From IMG/VR virus record IMGVR_UViG_3300023174_000047, positions 1 through 64,000 of that record: a DNA stretch of 64,000 bases; one strand, written 5' to 3'. Below, in pieces: positions 17,749-24,187 of the stretch. Origin of the DNA: a virus. Lineage: Duplodnaviria > Caudoviricetes. The notes beneath the pieces are model-generated. The model did not search any database and was not told the DNA's origin. It was given only the letters and a program-made list of their open reading frames with translations. The number at the start of each line of letters is the position of its first letter. Position 1 is the stretch's first letter. The translations under genes and the position numbers were made by a program.

Positions 17749-18194
17749 GGGGGTGCACTGGTTTCGATTCAATTAATTGACTCAAATGTGCACGCAGAGG
17801 CAGGCTAGCTAACCTCTATAAAAGCAAGTCAAAACAAAATAAACGCAGAAGACGCACACGTCGAAGCCCTCTTGGCACAAGCAGAATACATCTTCAACAA
17901 TGCTGACGAATTCGTCACCGCAGACGTTGAAGAAATGATGTTTGTCTAAGCAAAAACAATGTTGGATCCCATTAAAGACATTGAGGTAAAGCAATGGGTA
18001 GAGCTGAACGATGCATGCTTTTAAATCAAACATCGGGGTAACTTCAGACCCTTCTCTGAAGTAGGTAGGCTTTAAAACTTAGGTTGATGCGCCGTGCAAA
18101 CCTTTTGCCAATGAAATTGCAAATGCATCTAAGCATGTAGAGCATTTGATGTGACTAATTGAACACTGGGGTTCGACTCCCCACACCTCCACCA
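17749..18194 (+). ncRNA. ssrA: tmRNA
   Basis: 5' GGGGGTG..TGGTTTCGA; 3' GGGGTTCGACTCCCC-ACACCTCC-ACCA with G3:U70; ATAAAC|GCA resume at 17845; tag AEDAHVEALLAQAEYIFNNADEFVTADVEEMMFV*. Confidence 0.93.
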
Positions 18195-18205
18195 TAAATA
18201 TTACG

Positions 18206-18709
18206 ATGATTACGTTTGATAAATTTTATATGCTCAGTGAGAGCAACAAACTCATTGATGATGTGCAAGTTGCATTGGACGTAGCAGGTCTAGAGCCAAC
18301 CATTGGAACTGCAGCAGATGCAGCTAATGGTATTATCTCAGTATTGAGAGCATCAATGGCTAAAACATCTGATGAGAAAGATAAACACTTAATCAATGCA
18401 GGTATTTCTGCAGTCTCTTTAATACCATTTGCTGATGTAATCAAGTTGCTCAAAGTGCGCAAACTCGGAAATTCAGCAACCAGACTTGCAGTCAAGGGAG
18501 CTAGAGGTATAAAGCAAATAGCAAACAATCAAAAAATTACAAGATTTGATGAAAAAAATATTCACGATGCAGTGCACCCCGGCATTCTCAAACGTCAAGT
18601 CAAAGGCAAAATGACTTGCAGCAAAGCTCGTTCTCTCAAATCAAAACAAAAAAACAAAGGAAATAATACAGCAAAAGCATCGCAGCGATATATAAATTAT
18701 CACTGTTAA
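18206..18709 (+). CDS. hypothetical protein, probable internal head protein (pre-toxin TG-like N-half, basic C-terminus)
   Basis: Leader MITFDKFYMLSE; LDVAGLEPTIGTAADAANG...SLIPFAD. Confidence 0.75.
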   Translation: MITFDKFYMLSESNKLIDDVQVALDVAGLEPTIGTAADAANGIISVLRASMAKTSDEKDKHLINAGISAVSLIPFADVIKLLKVRKLGNSATRLAVKGARGIKQIANNQKITRFDEKNIHDAVHPGILKRQVKGKMTCSKARSLKSKQKNKGNNTAKASQRYINYHC

Positions 18710-18723
18710 CCATAAATATACAT

Positions 18724-18996
18724 ATGCAATTTGACGATTTATACCAAAAGCTCATGGAAGCACCTACAACTGCTCCAGCTCCTATAAGAACGCCTGCACC
18801 TGTGAGAGTGCCAACACCCTCTAAACCGTCTCAACCCAGCCGTCCAAGCTGGATACCAAAGCCAGATACAAAAACAAAGCCAAAAGCATTGGATATGTCT
18901 CAGGAAGACGAAGAAGGTGCAGATGATGACATCATCAATCATGATTTAAGAGTAGCAAAAAAGAGAAAATTTAAAAACAATATTTTTGAAAGATGA
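18724..18996 (+). CDS. Pro-rich hypothetical protein, probable internal head protein
   Basis: Leader MQFDDLYQKLME; TAAATA-N5-ATG. Confidence 0.75.
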   Translation: MQFDDLYQKLMEAPTTAPAPIRTPAPVRVPTPSKPSQPSRPSWIPKPDTKTKPKALDMSQEDEEGADDDIINHDLRVAKKRKFKNNIFER

Positions 18997-20192
18997 ATAA
19001 AACTGTAAAACTTGCCCTTGAGGCACTAAACACTGGTGATGTACCGAAAAGATACTTCGATCAGTCCAAGCAACGACTTGCGTCTAGTCCACAAGATATA
19101 GAAGACATCTTGCCTAGTTCAGGTAATGAAGACAGGTTCATTGAAAATTTATCAAGTGAGGGCTATAGACTAGTAGTCAAGAAGCTTGCCAATTACTTGA
19201 ATCTATCAATTGCGGATCTAATGACTAGATATACGAGTATATATTCTTTCATTGCGGTTGTAATGCAAACCATGGAGCAAATAAAGCAAATCGAATCTGC
19301 ACACAAGCAAGAACTCGAAAAACTTGCACTTCAAGTTGTGTTTGATCTGCCAGAGTTTGCGCAATTTAAGAAGCTTTATGAACAAGGCATTTTAAAGCTT
19401 GATATTAAGCTAGGGCCAGCAGATTTGCAGAATGCAAAAACAATGGATGATATTGAAGAAGATATTGAAGAGCAGCAAGAAAATATCATTGAGAACGTTG
19501 GCATGAACATTGAAGCTGATCCAGATGGCAAGCTTAAAAGAGTATTTCATAACTACATTACTCAAGGCAATGCGGTGCATAAGAGCTTTTTGTTTAATCT
19601 TGTAAAAGAGGAATTAGACAACATTGATGAAACACTGACAGTAAAGTATGGTCTGTTTATGTCCATTGTTCATGTGTTGTATTATGGTACGCCATATGCA
19701 GCCGGTGGCATGCTCAAGGACGCAGGAATAGGTAGCAGTGAAAACTTAGAAAACGATACAATTAAAATTCGTGGTGTTGTTTTTCCTGTGCTTGTGCATG
19801 AAATTGTCAAAGGATTGTTTGAATATCTCGGAAAGGACATCTCACAGGAAGCAGAAGCTTCTGAGACTCTGGAGGGTGAATATATGCCACTCATGGCAGG
19901 CCCAGAATTGTTTAGCAAACTAAATGCAATGATTCCGCGCAACAAAATTGAGTTCCTTCCAATTATCTATAGATTCTTGCTAAAACGTTCACCTGAAGAA
20001 ATCAAGCAAGTAATTGCAAACTCACCACAAGGCAAGCAAGTTATTAATTCCATCATCGTACAGGCAGAAGCTGCTGCATCTGAAGAAGGTGAAGACTATA
20101 ATGAAGGTGGTTATGAGGACGACGGCGGCTATGAAGATGAAGGTGGCGGTGAAGAAGACAATGACCCATACAATCTTTACGGCGGCAATTAA
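18993..20192 (+). CDS. hypothetical protein (399 aa) with HExxK motif and acidic tail
   Basis: FPVLVHEIVKGLFE. Confidence 0.8.
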   Translation: MNKTVKLALEALNTGDVPKRYFDQSKQRLASSPQDIEDILPSSGNEDRFIENLSSEGYRLVVKKLANYLNLSIADLMTRYTSIYSFIAVVMQTMEQIKQIESAHKQELEKLALQVVFDLPEFAQFKKLYEQGILKLDIKLGPADLQNAKTMDDIEEDIEEQQENIIENVGMNIEADPDGKLKRVFHNYITQGNAVHKSFLFNLVKEELDNIDETLTVKYGLFMSIVHVLYYGTPYAAGGMLKDAGIGSSENLENDTIKIRGVVFPVLVHEIVKGLFEYLGKDISQEAEASETLEGEYMPLMAGPELFSKLNAMIPRNKIEFLPIIYRFLLKRSPEEIKQVIANSPQGKQVINSIIVQAEAAASEEGEDYNEGGYEDDGGYEDEGGGEEDNDPYNLYGGN

Positions 20193-20241
20193 AAGGTAAA
20201 ATAAGTTATTGAAAACTCTCCCTGTGCATATAAATAAATGC

Positions 20242-20700
20242 ACAGAAAAAACATGAACGCTAATTTCACTTGTAACCATTATAGCGGGGCATATAATATG
20301 CCACCGCGAGGTTACAAGTGGCCTGTCTGTCAGTCCTTGAAACAAAGTTAATTTTCAAAATAATTGAAAAACTAAGTTGAAAGATAAGAATAAGACGGCA
20401 TATTAAGATATATAACAAAAGCGGTTCATGACGAGGGATGACCATAACAGCCCAAGAGTTCGCAGAATGCGACGTAAAGCCAAAAGCTGACAGTGTAGAT
20501 TTACGCATATAGGTTTGTAGTGTAGCGCATTGCGCGCAAAGTTCCCTGGTGTAGCCACCGAAAACTACTAATTTAACATCTCAATGACTAACCATTTTAT
20601 AAGCATGTCTTTATCTCAAAGCTCAAAGCTCAAAGCCATCAGACTCTTAAAGTAATAAAGCCTAATCGTCGTGGTTAATCGATTGCTTGCAATTAATTTC
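20242..20700 (+). ncRNA. candidate large structured ncRNA heading the tRNA array
   Basis: ORF-free; long-range helices 20267-77/20310-20 (11 bp), 20252-58/20423-29, 20327-33/20486-92, 20472-77/20499-504; TATAAATA at 20229. Confidence 0.55.
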
Positions 20701-20705
20701 AATTA

Positions 20706-20796
20706 GGAAGAATGGCTGAGTCTGGCTTAAGGCGGTGCACTTGAAATGCGCAGAGGTCTAAAGCCTCCGTGAGTTCGAATCTCACTTCTTCCTCCA
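20706..20796 (+). tRNA. tRNA-Ser(TGA)
   Basis: Type II cloverleaf, GTGCA-CTTGAAA-TGCGC, CCA. Confidence 0.92.
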
Positions 20797-20813
20797 TTCT
20801 CTGCGAGAATAAT

Positions 20814-20888
20814 GGCCACATAGCTCAATGGTAGAGCAGCACATTTGTAATGTGCCGGTTGTTGGTTCAAGTCCGACTGTGGCCTCCA
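20814..20888 (+). tRNA. tRNA-Thr(TGT)
   Basis: GCACA-TTTGTAA-TGTGC, CCA. Confidence 0.93.
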
Positions 20889-20953
20889 CTTTAATAATAA
20901 TCATATCAATACATTCTCGTGCAGGGCAAAGATATTTTCTATAAATTTCAAAA

Positions 20954-20995
20954 GCGGTAGTAGCTCAATTGACAAGAGCGCCTTCCTTCCAAGTA
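20954..20995 (+). pseudogene. 5' half of a tRNA-Gly(TCC)
   Basis: GCGGTAG-TA-GCTC..GAGC-G-CCTTC-CTTCCAA-GTAG, no T arm or 3' acceptor strand. Confidence 0.55.
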
Positions 20996-21005
20996 GAAAA
21001 ATTTC

Positions 21006-21079
21006 GCGTCATAAGTGTTATGTCAGCACGCCGGTCTTCCAATCCGGGAGTGTGAGTTAGATTCTCACATGGCGCACCA
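21006..21079 (+). tRNA. tRNA-Gly(TCC)
   Basis: GCGTCAT/ATGGCGC acceptor, CCGGT-CTTCCAA-TCCGG, CCA. Confidence 0.85.
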
Positions 21080-21087
21080 ATTTCAAA

Positions 21088-21163
21088 CGTCCATTGGTAG
21101 AGTAGTTATTGCACTTGTTTTGGGAACAAGTATTCGTCGGTGCAAGTCCGGCATGGGCGACCA
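21088..21163 (+). tRNA. tRNA-Pro(TGG)
   Basis: C1:G72, CTTGT-TTTGGGA-ACAAG, T-loop TGCAAGT, CCA. Confidence 0.88.
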
Positions 21164-21169
21164 ATTTAT

Positions 21170-21258
21170 GGAGAGTTAACTAGCCGAGGCGCTAGAGATG
21201 TTTGCTAAACATCATGCACTTCCCTAAGAGGTGTGCGGGGCAGGACCGCAGCTCTCCT
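21170..21258 (+). tRNA. tRNA-Ser(GCT), atypical T-loop, no encoded CCA
   Basis: GATGT-TTGCTAA-ACATC, long V arm, T-loop GGCAGGA. Confidence 0.8.
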
Positions 21259-21263
21259 CTCTT

Positions 21264-21343
21264 TTGTAGAGCAGCAATGCTAGTGTGTGGCCGAAAGACT
21301 GATGGTGTGGCGTTTCGGGTAAAACCTCGCAACCATCCTACAA
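21264..21343 (+). ncRNA. candidate ~80-nt multibranched RNA
   Basis: TTGTAG/CTACAA closing stem, AGCA-GCAA-TGCT, GATGGT/ACCATC. Confidence 0.4.
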
Positions 21344-21351
21344 TTTTAAAA

Positions 21352-21440
21352 TCCCCCTTAGCTCAGTGGTAGAGCGCTCGGCTGTTAACCGGGAGGCCCT
21401 TATAAGGTACAGCGACGATCGTAACGTCGAGGAAGAGCCA
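21352..21440 (+). tRNA. tRNA-Asn(GTT) variant with 19-nt variable arm
   Basis: CTCGG-CTGTTAA-CCGGG; T arm CGACG-ATCGTAA-CGTCG; two acceptor mismatches; G73-CCA. Confidence 0.7.
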
Positions 21441-21447
21441 ATTTTAA

Positions 21448-21533
21448 ACACACTAGCAGCAAGTGGCGGTTGCGGGTTCTCTCCAAAAGAACTGTTTTTA
21501 CTAAAGTGGGTTCGATTCCTACCTAGTGTGCCA
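21448..21533 (+). tRNA. tRNA-Trp(CCA) variant with 13-nt variable region
   Basis: ACACTAG/CTAGTGT, GTTCT-CTCCAAA-AGAAC, G73-CCA. Confidence 0.8.
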
Positions 21534-21544
21534 TAAATATATAC

Positions 21545-22354
21545 ATGAACGTCATTTATAATGTTGAGCAATACAATCAAAGCAAAAGCATAAACGCTAA
21601 AATAGGTGTATTGTGTCCATGTTGTACCAATTGGTTTGAAACGACTAGACTGCTGTTACAGCGAGCGTTAAAGTCCAGCAGACTAAAATTTTGCTCTATA
21701 GAATGTGCAAATAAATTTCAATCAGAAAAAATACAGCTTGAATGTGTTTTCTGCAAACAACAAATAGAGAGAGTTGCAAGTCAACTTAAAAGAGTGAAAC
21801 ATGCATTTTGTAATCACTCTTGTGCAGCGCAATTTAACAACAGCTTAAGACCCAAAAAGTTAAAACAACTAAAGAAAGCTAAACCTATAGCAATAGTTGT
21901 TGAACACACTTGCATTAATTGTGGAAAAACATCCATTGTTTCTGCTCATGCTAGTCTCAAAAAGAAATTTTGTTCTGGCAGTTGCAGAAACGTAATTAAT
22001 AATAAAACCATAAGAGGTACACGCTCTAAAGTAGAGAAAGAGTTTGAAGTAGCAATCAAAGCAAATTTTCCAGATTTGAAGTTTAATTGCAATGACAGAC
22101 AAATTCTTGATGGTTTAGAGCTTGATTTTTACTTTCCTGAAATTAAAATAGCAATAGAATTTAACGGTATTTGGCATTTAAAACCAATACGTGGAGAAGA
22201 ACTTTTATCAAAATACAAACAAAGAGATGAACACAAAAAACGTTTATGTGAAGAAAAAAATATCAAACTTTTAGTGCTTTGTGATGAAGTTAGTTCCAAC
22301 AAATCAATTGATGAGCAAGTACACAAAGCAATTACGTTTTTAAAACAATTTTAA
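21545..22354 (+). CDS. putative free-standing homing endonuclease (multiple CxxC/treble-clef modules + Vsr/DUF559-like PD-(D/E)xK domain)
   Basis: CPCC, CS.EC, CVFC, C.HSC, CINC, CSGSC; ELDFYFPEIKIAIEFNGIWH; inserted in the tRNA array. Confidence 0.75.
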   Translation: MNVIYNVEQYNQSKSINAKIGVLCPCCTNWFETTRLLLQRALKSSRLKFCSIECANKFQSEKIQLECVFCKQQIERVASQLKRVKHAFCNHSCAAQFNNSLRPKKLKQLKKAKPIAIVVEHTCINCGKTSIVSAHASLKKKFCSGSCRNVINNKTIRGTRSKVEKEFEVAIKANFPDLKFNCNDRQILDGLELDFYFPEIKIAIEFNGIWHLKPIRGEELLSKYKQRDEHKKRLCEEKNIKLLVLCDEVSSNKSIDEQVHKAITFLKQF

Positions 22355-22356
22355 AT

Positions 22357-22431
22357 GCCTCGTTAGTGTAATGGACAGCACGTTTCGCTACGGACGAAAA
22401 AGTAGGAGTTCGAATCTTCTATGGGGTACCA
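22357..22431 (+). tRNA. tRNA-Arg(ACG)
   Basis: TTTCG-CTACGGA-CGAAA, CCA. Confidence 0.9.
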
Positions 22432-22437
22432 TTCAAT

Positions 22438-22514
22438 GCCCGTATAGCCCAATTGGTAGAGGCGTATGACTTAGGATCATAATGTTGAGGGTTCGAATCC
22501 TTCTACGGGCACCA
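22438..22514 (+). tRNA. tRNA-Leu(TAG) with short variable loop
   Basis: TATGA-CTTAGGA-TCATA, 5-nt variable loop, CCA. Confidence 0.9.
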
Positions 22515-22523
22515 ATTTTAAAT

Positions 22524-22598
22524 AGCTCCTTGGTGTAATGGTTAGCACAGAAAGTTTTGAACTTTCTAGTCCAGGTTCGAGTCCTGGGGGAGCTGCCA
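22524..22598 (+). tRNA. tRNA-Gln(TTG)
   Basis: GAAAG-TTTTGAA-CTTTC, CCA. Confidence 0.92.
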
Positions 22599-22603
22599 AA
22601 TTT

Positions 22604-22681
22604 AGATTACTCATTAACATAAAAGTAATGTAGCTGCCTTTGAAGTAGCATAAAAGGGAGCATTACCCTCTTGGGCTACCA
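22604..22681 (+). pseudogene. degenerate tRNA-Gln(TTG)-like
   Basis: GCTGC-CTTTGAA-GTAGC, T-loop AGCATTA, poorly paired acceptor, CCA. Confidence 0.6.
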
Positions 22682-22697
22682 ATTTCCTTTTAACAAA

Positions 22698-22772
22698 GAA
22701 CCTTAAGCTTTAACAGTGAAGCAAGAAGCTTTTAACTTCTAGAAAACGGAGCATTACCGTTAAGGTTCACCA
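22698..22772 (+). tRNA. tRNA-Lys(TTT), T-loop AGCATTA
   Basis: GAACCTT/AAGGTTC, AGAAG-CTTTTAA-CTTCT, CCA. Confidence 0.88.
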
Positions 22773-22824
22773 ATTTAAACAGTTGAACAACAATTATAAG
22801 AGTATATTTTGTTGTGGATAAAAA

Positions 22825-22899
22825 TCCCAGGAACGCACACGGTTGAGCGGGCTGGCTGTTAACCAGTTGAACGTGGTTCAACCCCACGCTTGGGAGCCA
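22825..22899 (+). tRNA. tRNA-Asn(GTT)
   Basis: TCCCAGG/CTTGGGA, GCTGG-CTGTTAA-CCAGT, CCA. Confidence 0.88.
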
Positions 22900-22941
22900 A
22901 ATTTCAAAATTGTAAGTAAGTGGTCTAATTTAAATTTTAAA

Positions 22942-23028
22942 CGCGGGGTAGTGTAACGGTTAACACGTCTGGCTCATAACCAGAAAACATTATTGCTTGT
23001 GCTGGTTCGAGTCCAGCTCCCGCAACCA
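22942..23028 (+). tRNA. initiator-type tRNA-fMet(CAT) with 16-nt variable region
   Basis: C1xA72 mismatch, TCTGG-CTCATAA-CCAGA, CCA. Confidence 0.82.
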
Positions 23029-23035
23029 ATTTCAT

Positions 23036-23197
23036 ATGAATAAAAATAACGAAAGCTGGAATGAACAAAGTAATCATTTGCAAAAGGCACAAGATATAAA
23101 AAATGCTGAGAAATACGGATATAGAGAAGGGTTTATTCCAATTATCTCGCTGGATTTAATTAAAAAAATCATATGTTGGTTCAAGAAGAAAAAATAA
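23036..23197 (+). CDS. small hypothetical protein (53 aa)
   Basis: ATG 23036 within the track ORF. Confidence 0.5.
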   Translation: MNKNNESWNEQSNHLQKAQDIKNAEKYGYREGFIPIISLDLIKKIICWFKKKK

Positions 23198-23205
23198 TTT
23201 TAAAT

Positions 23206-23281
23206 GCCTGAGTAACTTAGTGACTAAAGTATCTGCCCTACACGCAGACTATCGTGAGTTTGAGTCTCACCTCGGGCACCA
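23206..23281 (+). tRNA. tRNA-Val(TAC)
   Basis: TCTGC-CCTACAC-GCAGA (C33), CCA. Confidence 0.87.
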
Positions 23282-23285
23282 ATTT

Positions 23286-23425
23286 CAGAACATTCAATCA
23301 ACCGCAATTTTAGAGGTCGCTCTTGCAAGCCATGTACCTCTAACGGCTCTGATAACAGGCGCGCTTGCACGAGCCTTGCGAATGTTCTGCGAGCGCCAGC
23401 GGGCTTTGCTACCCCGTGTGGCGCT
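23286..23425 (+). ncRNA. candidate ~140-nt pseudoknotted RNA
   Basis: CAGAACATTC/GAATGTTCTG, TTAGAGGT/ACCTCTAA, GGCTC/GAGCC, loop-loop TGCAAGC/GCTTGCA, 3' hairpin AGCGCCA/TGGCGCT. Confidence 0.6.
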
Positions 23426-23483
23426 AAATTTTTAATTTTCAAATAGACGTTGATAAAGGTTAAAAATAATTTATATTAAATGT

Positions 23484-23756
23484 ATGATTACAATGTTTAA
23501 AACATTTAGAGGCACAAAAGAAGAATTAATAAATCACTTCAACAGTTTTGTATCTTTTGATAAGGACAAAAAGAATTCTAATTCATATTATGAATTAGAT
23601 GATGCACCAATTGCAAAGCAGATTGAAGAAGCAGATGTCAGCAACAAATTCAAAAATGGCGAAAGTAATGATTCATTTGGATTAATATTCCTCCTTTATA
23701 GAAATGAGACATCACTATCTGTGATAAGATCTTATATACATATTGTAGACAAATAA
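23484..23756 (+). CDS. hypothetical protein (90 aa)
   Basis: ORF track. Confidence 0.65.
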   Translation: MITMFKTFRGTKEELINHFNSFVSFDKDKKNSNSYYELDDAPIAKQIEEADVSNKFKNGESNDSFGLIFLLYRNETSLSVIRSYIHIVDK

Positions 23757-23784
23757 ATTTTGCAGCATATATCTCTACACAAAT

Positions 23785-23873
23785 GGACATAGAGCGAGCT
23801 AGTGAACGCAGTGGTCTGCAAAACCACGTGGATTAAATTCCTACGCAGAGTGCGATACTCTGTATGTCCTCCA
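23785..23873 (+). tRNA. tRNA-Cys(GCA) with type II body (18-nt variable arm)
   Basis: 3-bp D stem, GTGGT-CTGCAAA-ACCAC, V stem GTGGA/TCC-TAC, U73-CCA. Confidence 0.82.
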
Positions 23874-23902
23874 ATTCTAGTACGCGTGCGTCCCCAGCGC
23901 TT

Positions 23903-23968
23903 GGCCCGTCGCTGGTTAATCCTAGGCATCTGAGATTCCAAATTTCAGGTGAAGTTAACGGGCCGCCA
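23903..23968 (+). ncRNA. T-armless tRNA-like RNA with CCA(Trp) anticodon loop
   Basis: GGCCCGT/ACGGGCC-G-CCA; D-like stem CTGG/CTAG; 9-bp stem with TTCCAAA loop; 6-nt linker in place of the T arm. Confidence 0.6.
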
Positions 23969-24027
23969 ATTTTATTAGTTGATTTTAAATAGGAAACATA
24001 TTATAATAGTTTTGCTAAACAACAAAT

Positions 24028-24102
24028 GCCTGGTTTGTCCTAATGGATAGGACAGGCTCTTCTAAAGCTTCAATAGGGATTCGATTTCCTCACCAGGTAC
24101 CA
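24028..24102 (+). tRNA. degenerate tRNA-Arg(TCT)-like (anticodon register ambiguous, TCT vs CTA)
   Basis: AGGCT-CTTCTAA-AGCTT best pairing; weak T stem; CCA. Confidence 0.6.
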
Positions 24103-24111
24103 TTTTTAAAA

Positions 24112-24187
24112 TCCTCTCGTCGTACGAAAGTCATCACCCTCAGTTGTGATCTGAGAAAAGACGGAGCGTTACCGTCTAGAAAAATCA
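24112..24187 (+). pseudogene. pseudo-tRNA-His(GTG)
   Basis: CTCAG-TTGTGAT-CTGAG and GACGG-AGCGTTA-CCGTC intact; acceptor and CCA decayed. Confidence 0.65.

Noticed and set aside
20242-20700. Group I intron or RNase P RNA
   Set aside because: AAGATATA and TCAGACT fragments occur in the wrong order, no host exons flank it, and there is no GAGGAAAGTCC P4 motif
21282-21310. Hammerhead ribozyme (GAAA ... CTGATG)
   Set aside because: Core is CTGATGG not CTGANGA, and the spacing leaves no room for stems I and III
23876-23968. Theta/HDV-like or pistol ribozyme downstream of tRNA-Cys
   Set aside because: No P3/L3 between the paired segments as HDV needs; helix order does not fit pistol
24028-24102. 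Stop-codon reassignment (TAG recoding) of the genome
   Set aside because: Core genes are intact under code 11 and several end in TAG (gp15, gp20, gp13); the CTA reading needs two stem mismatches
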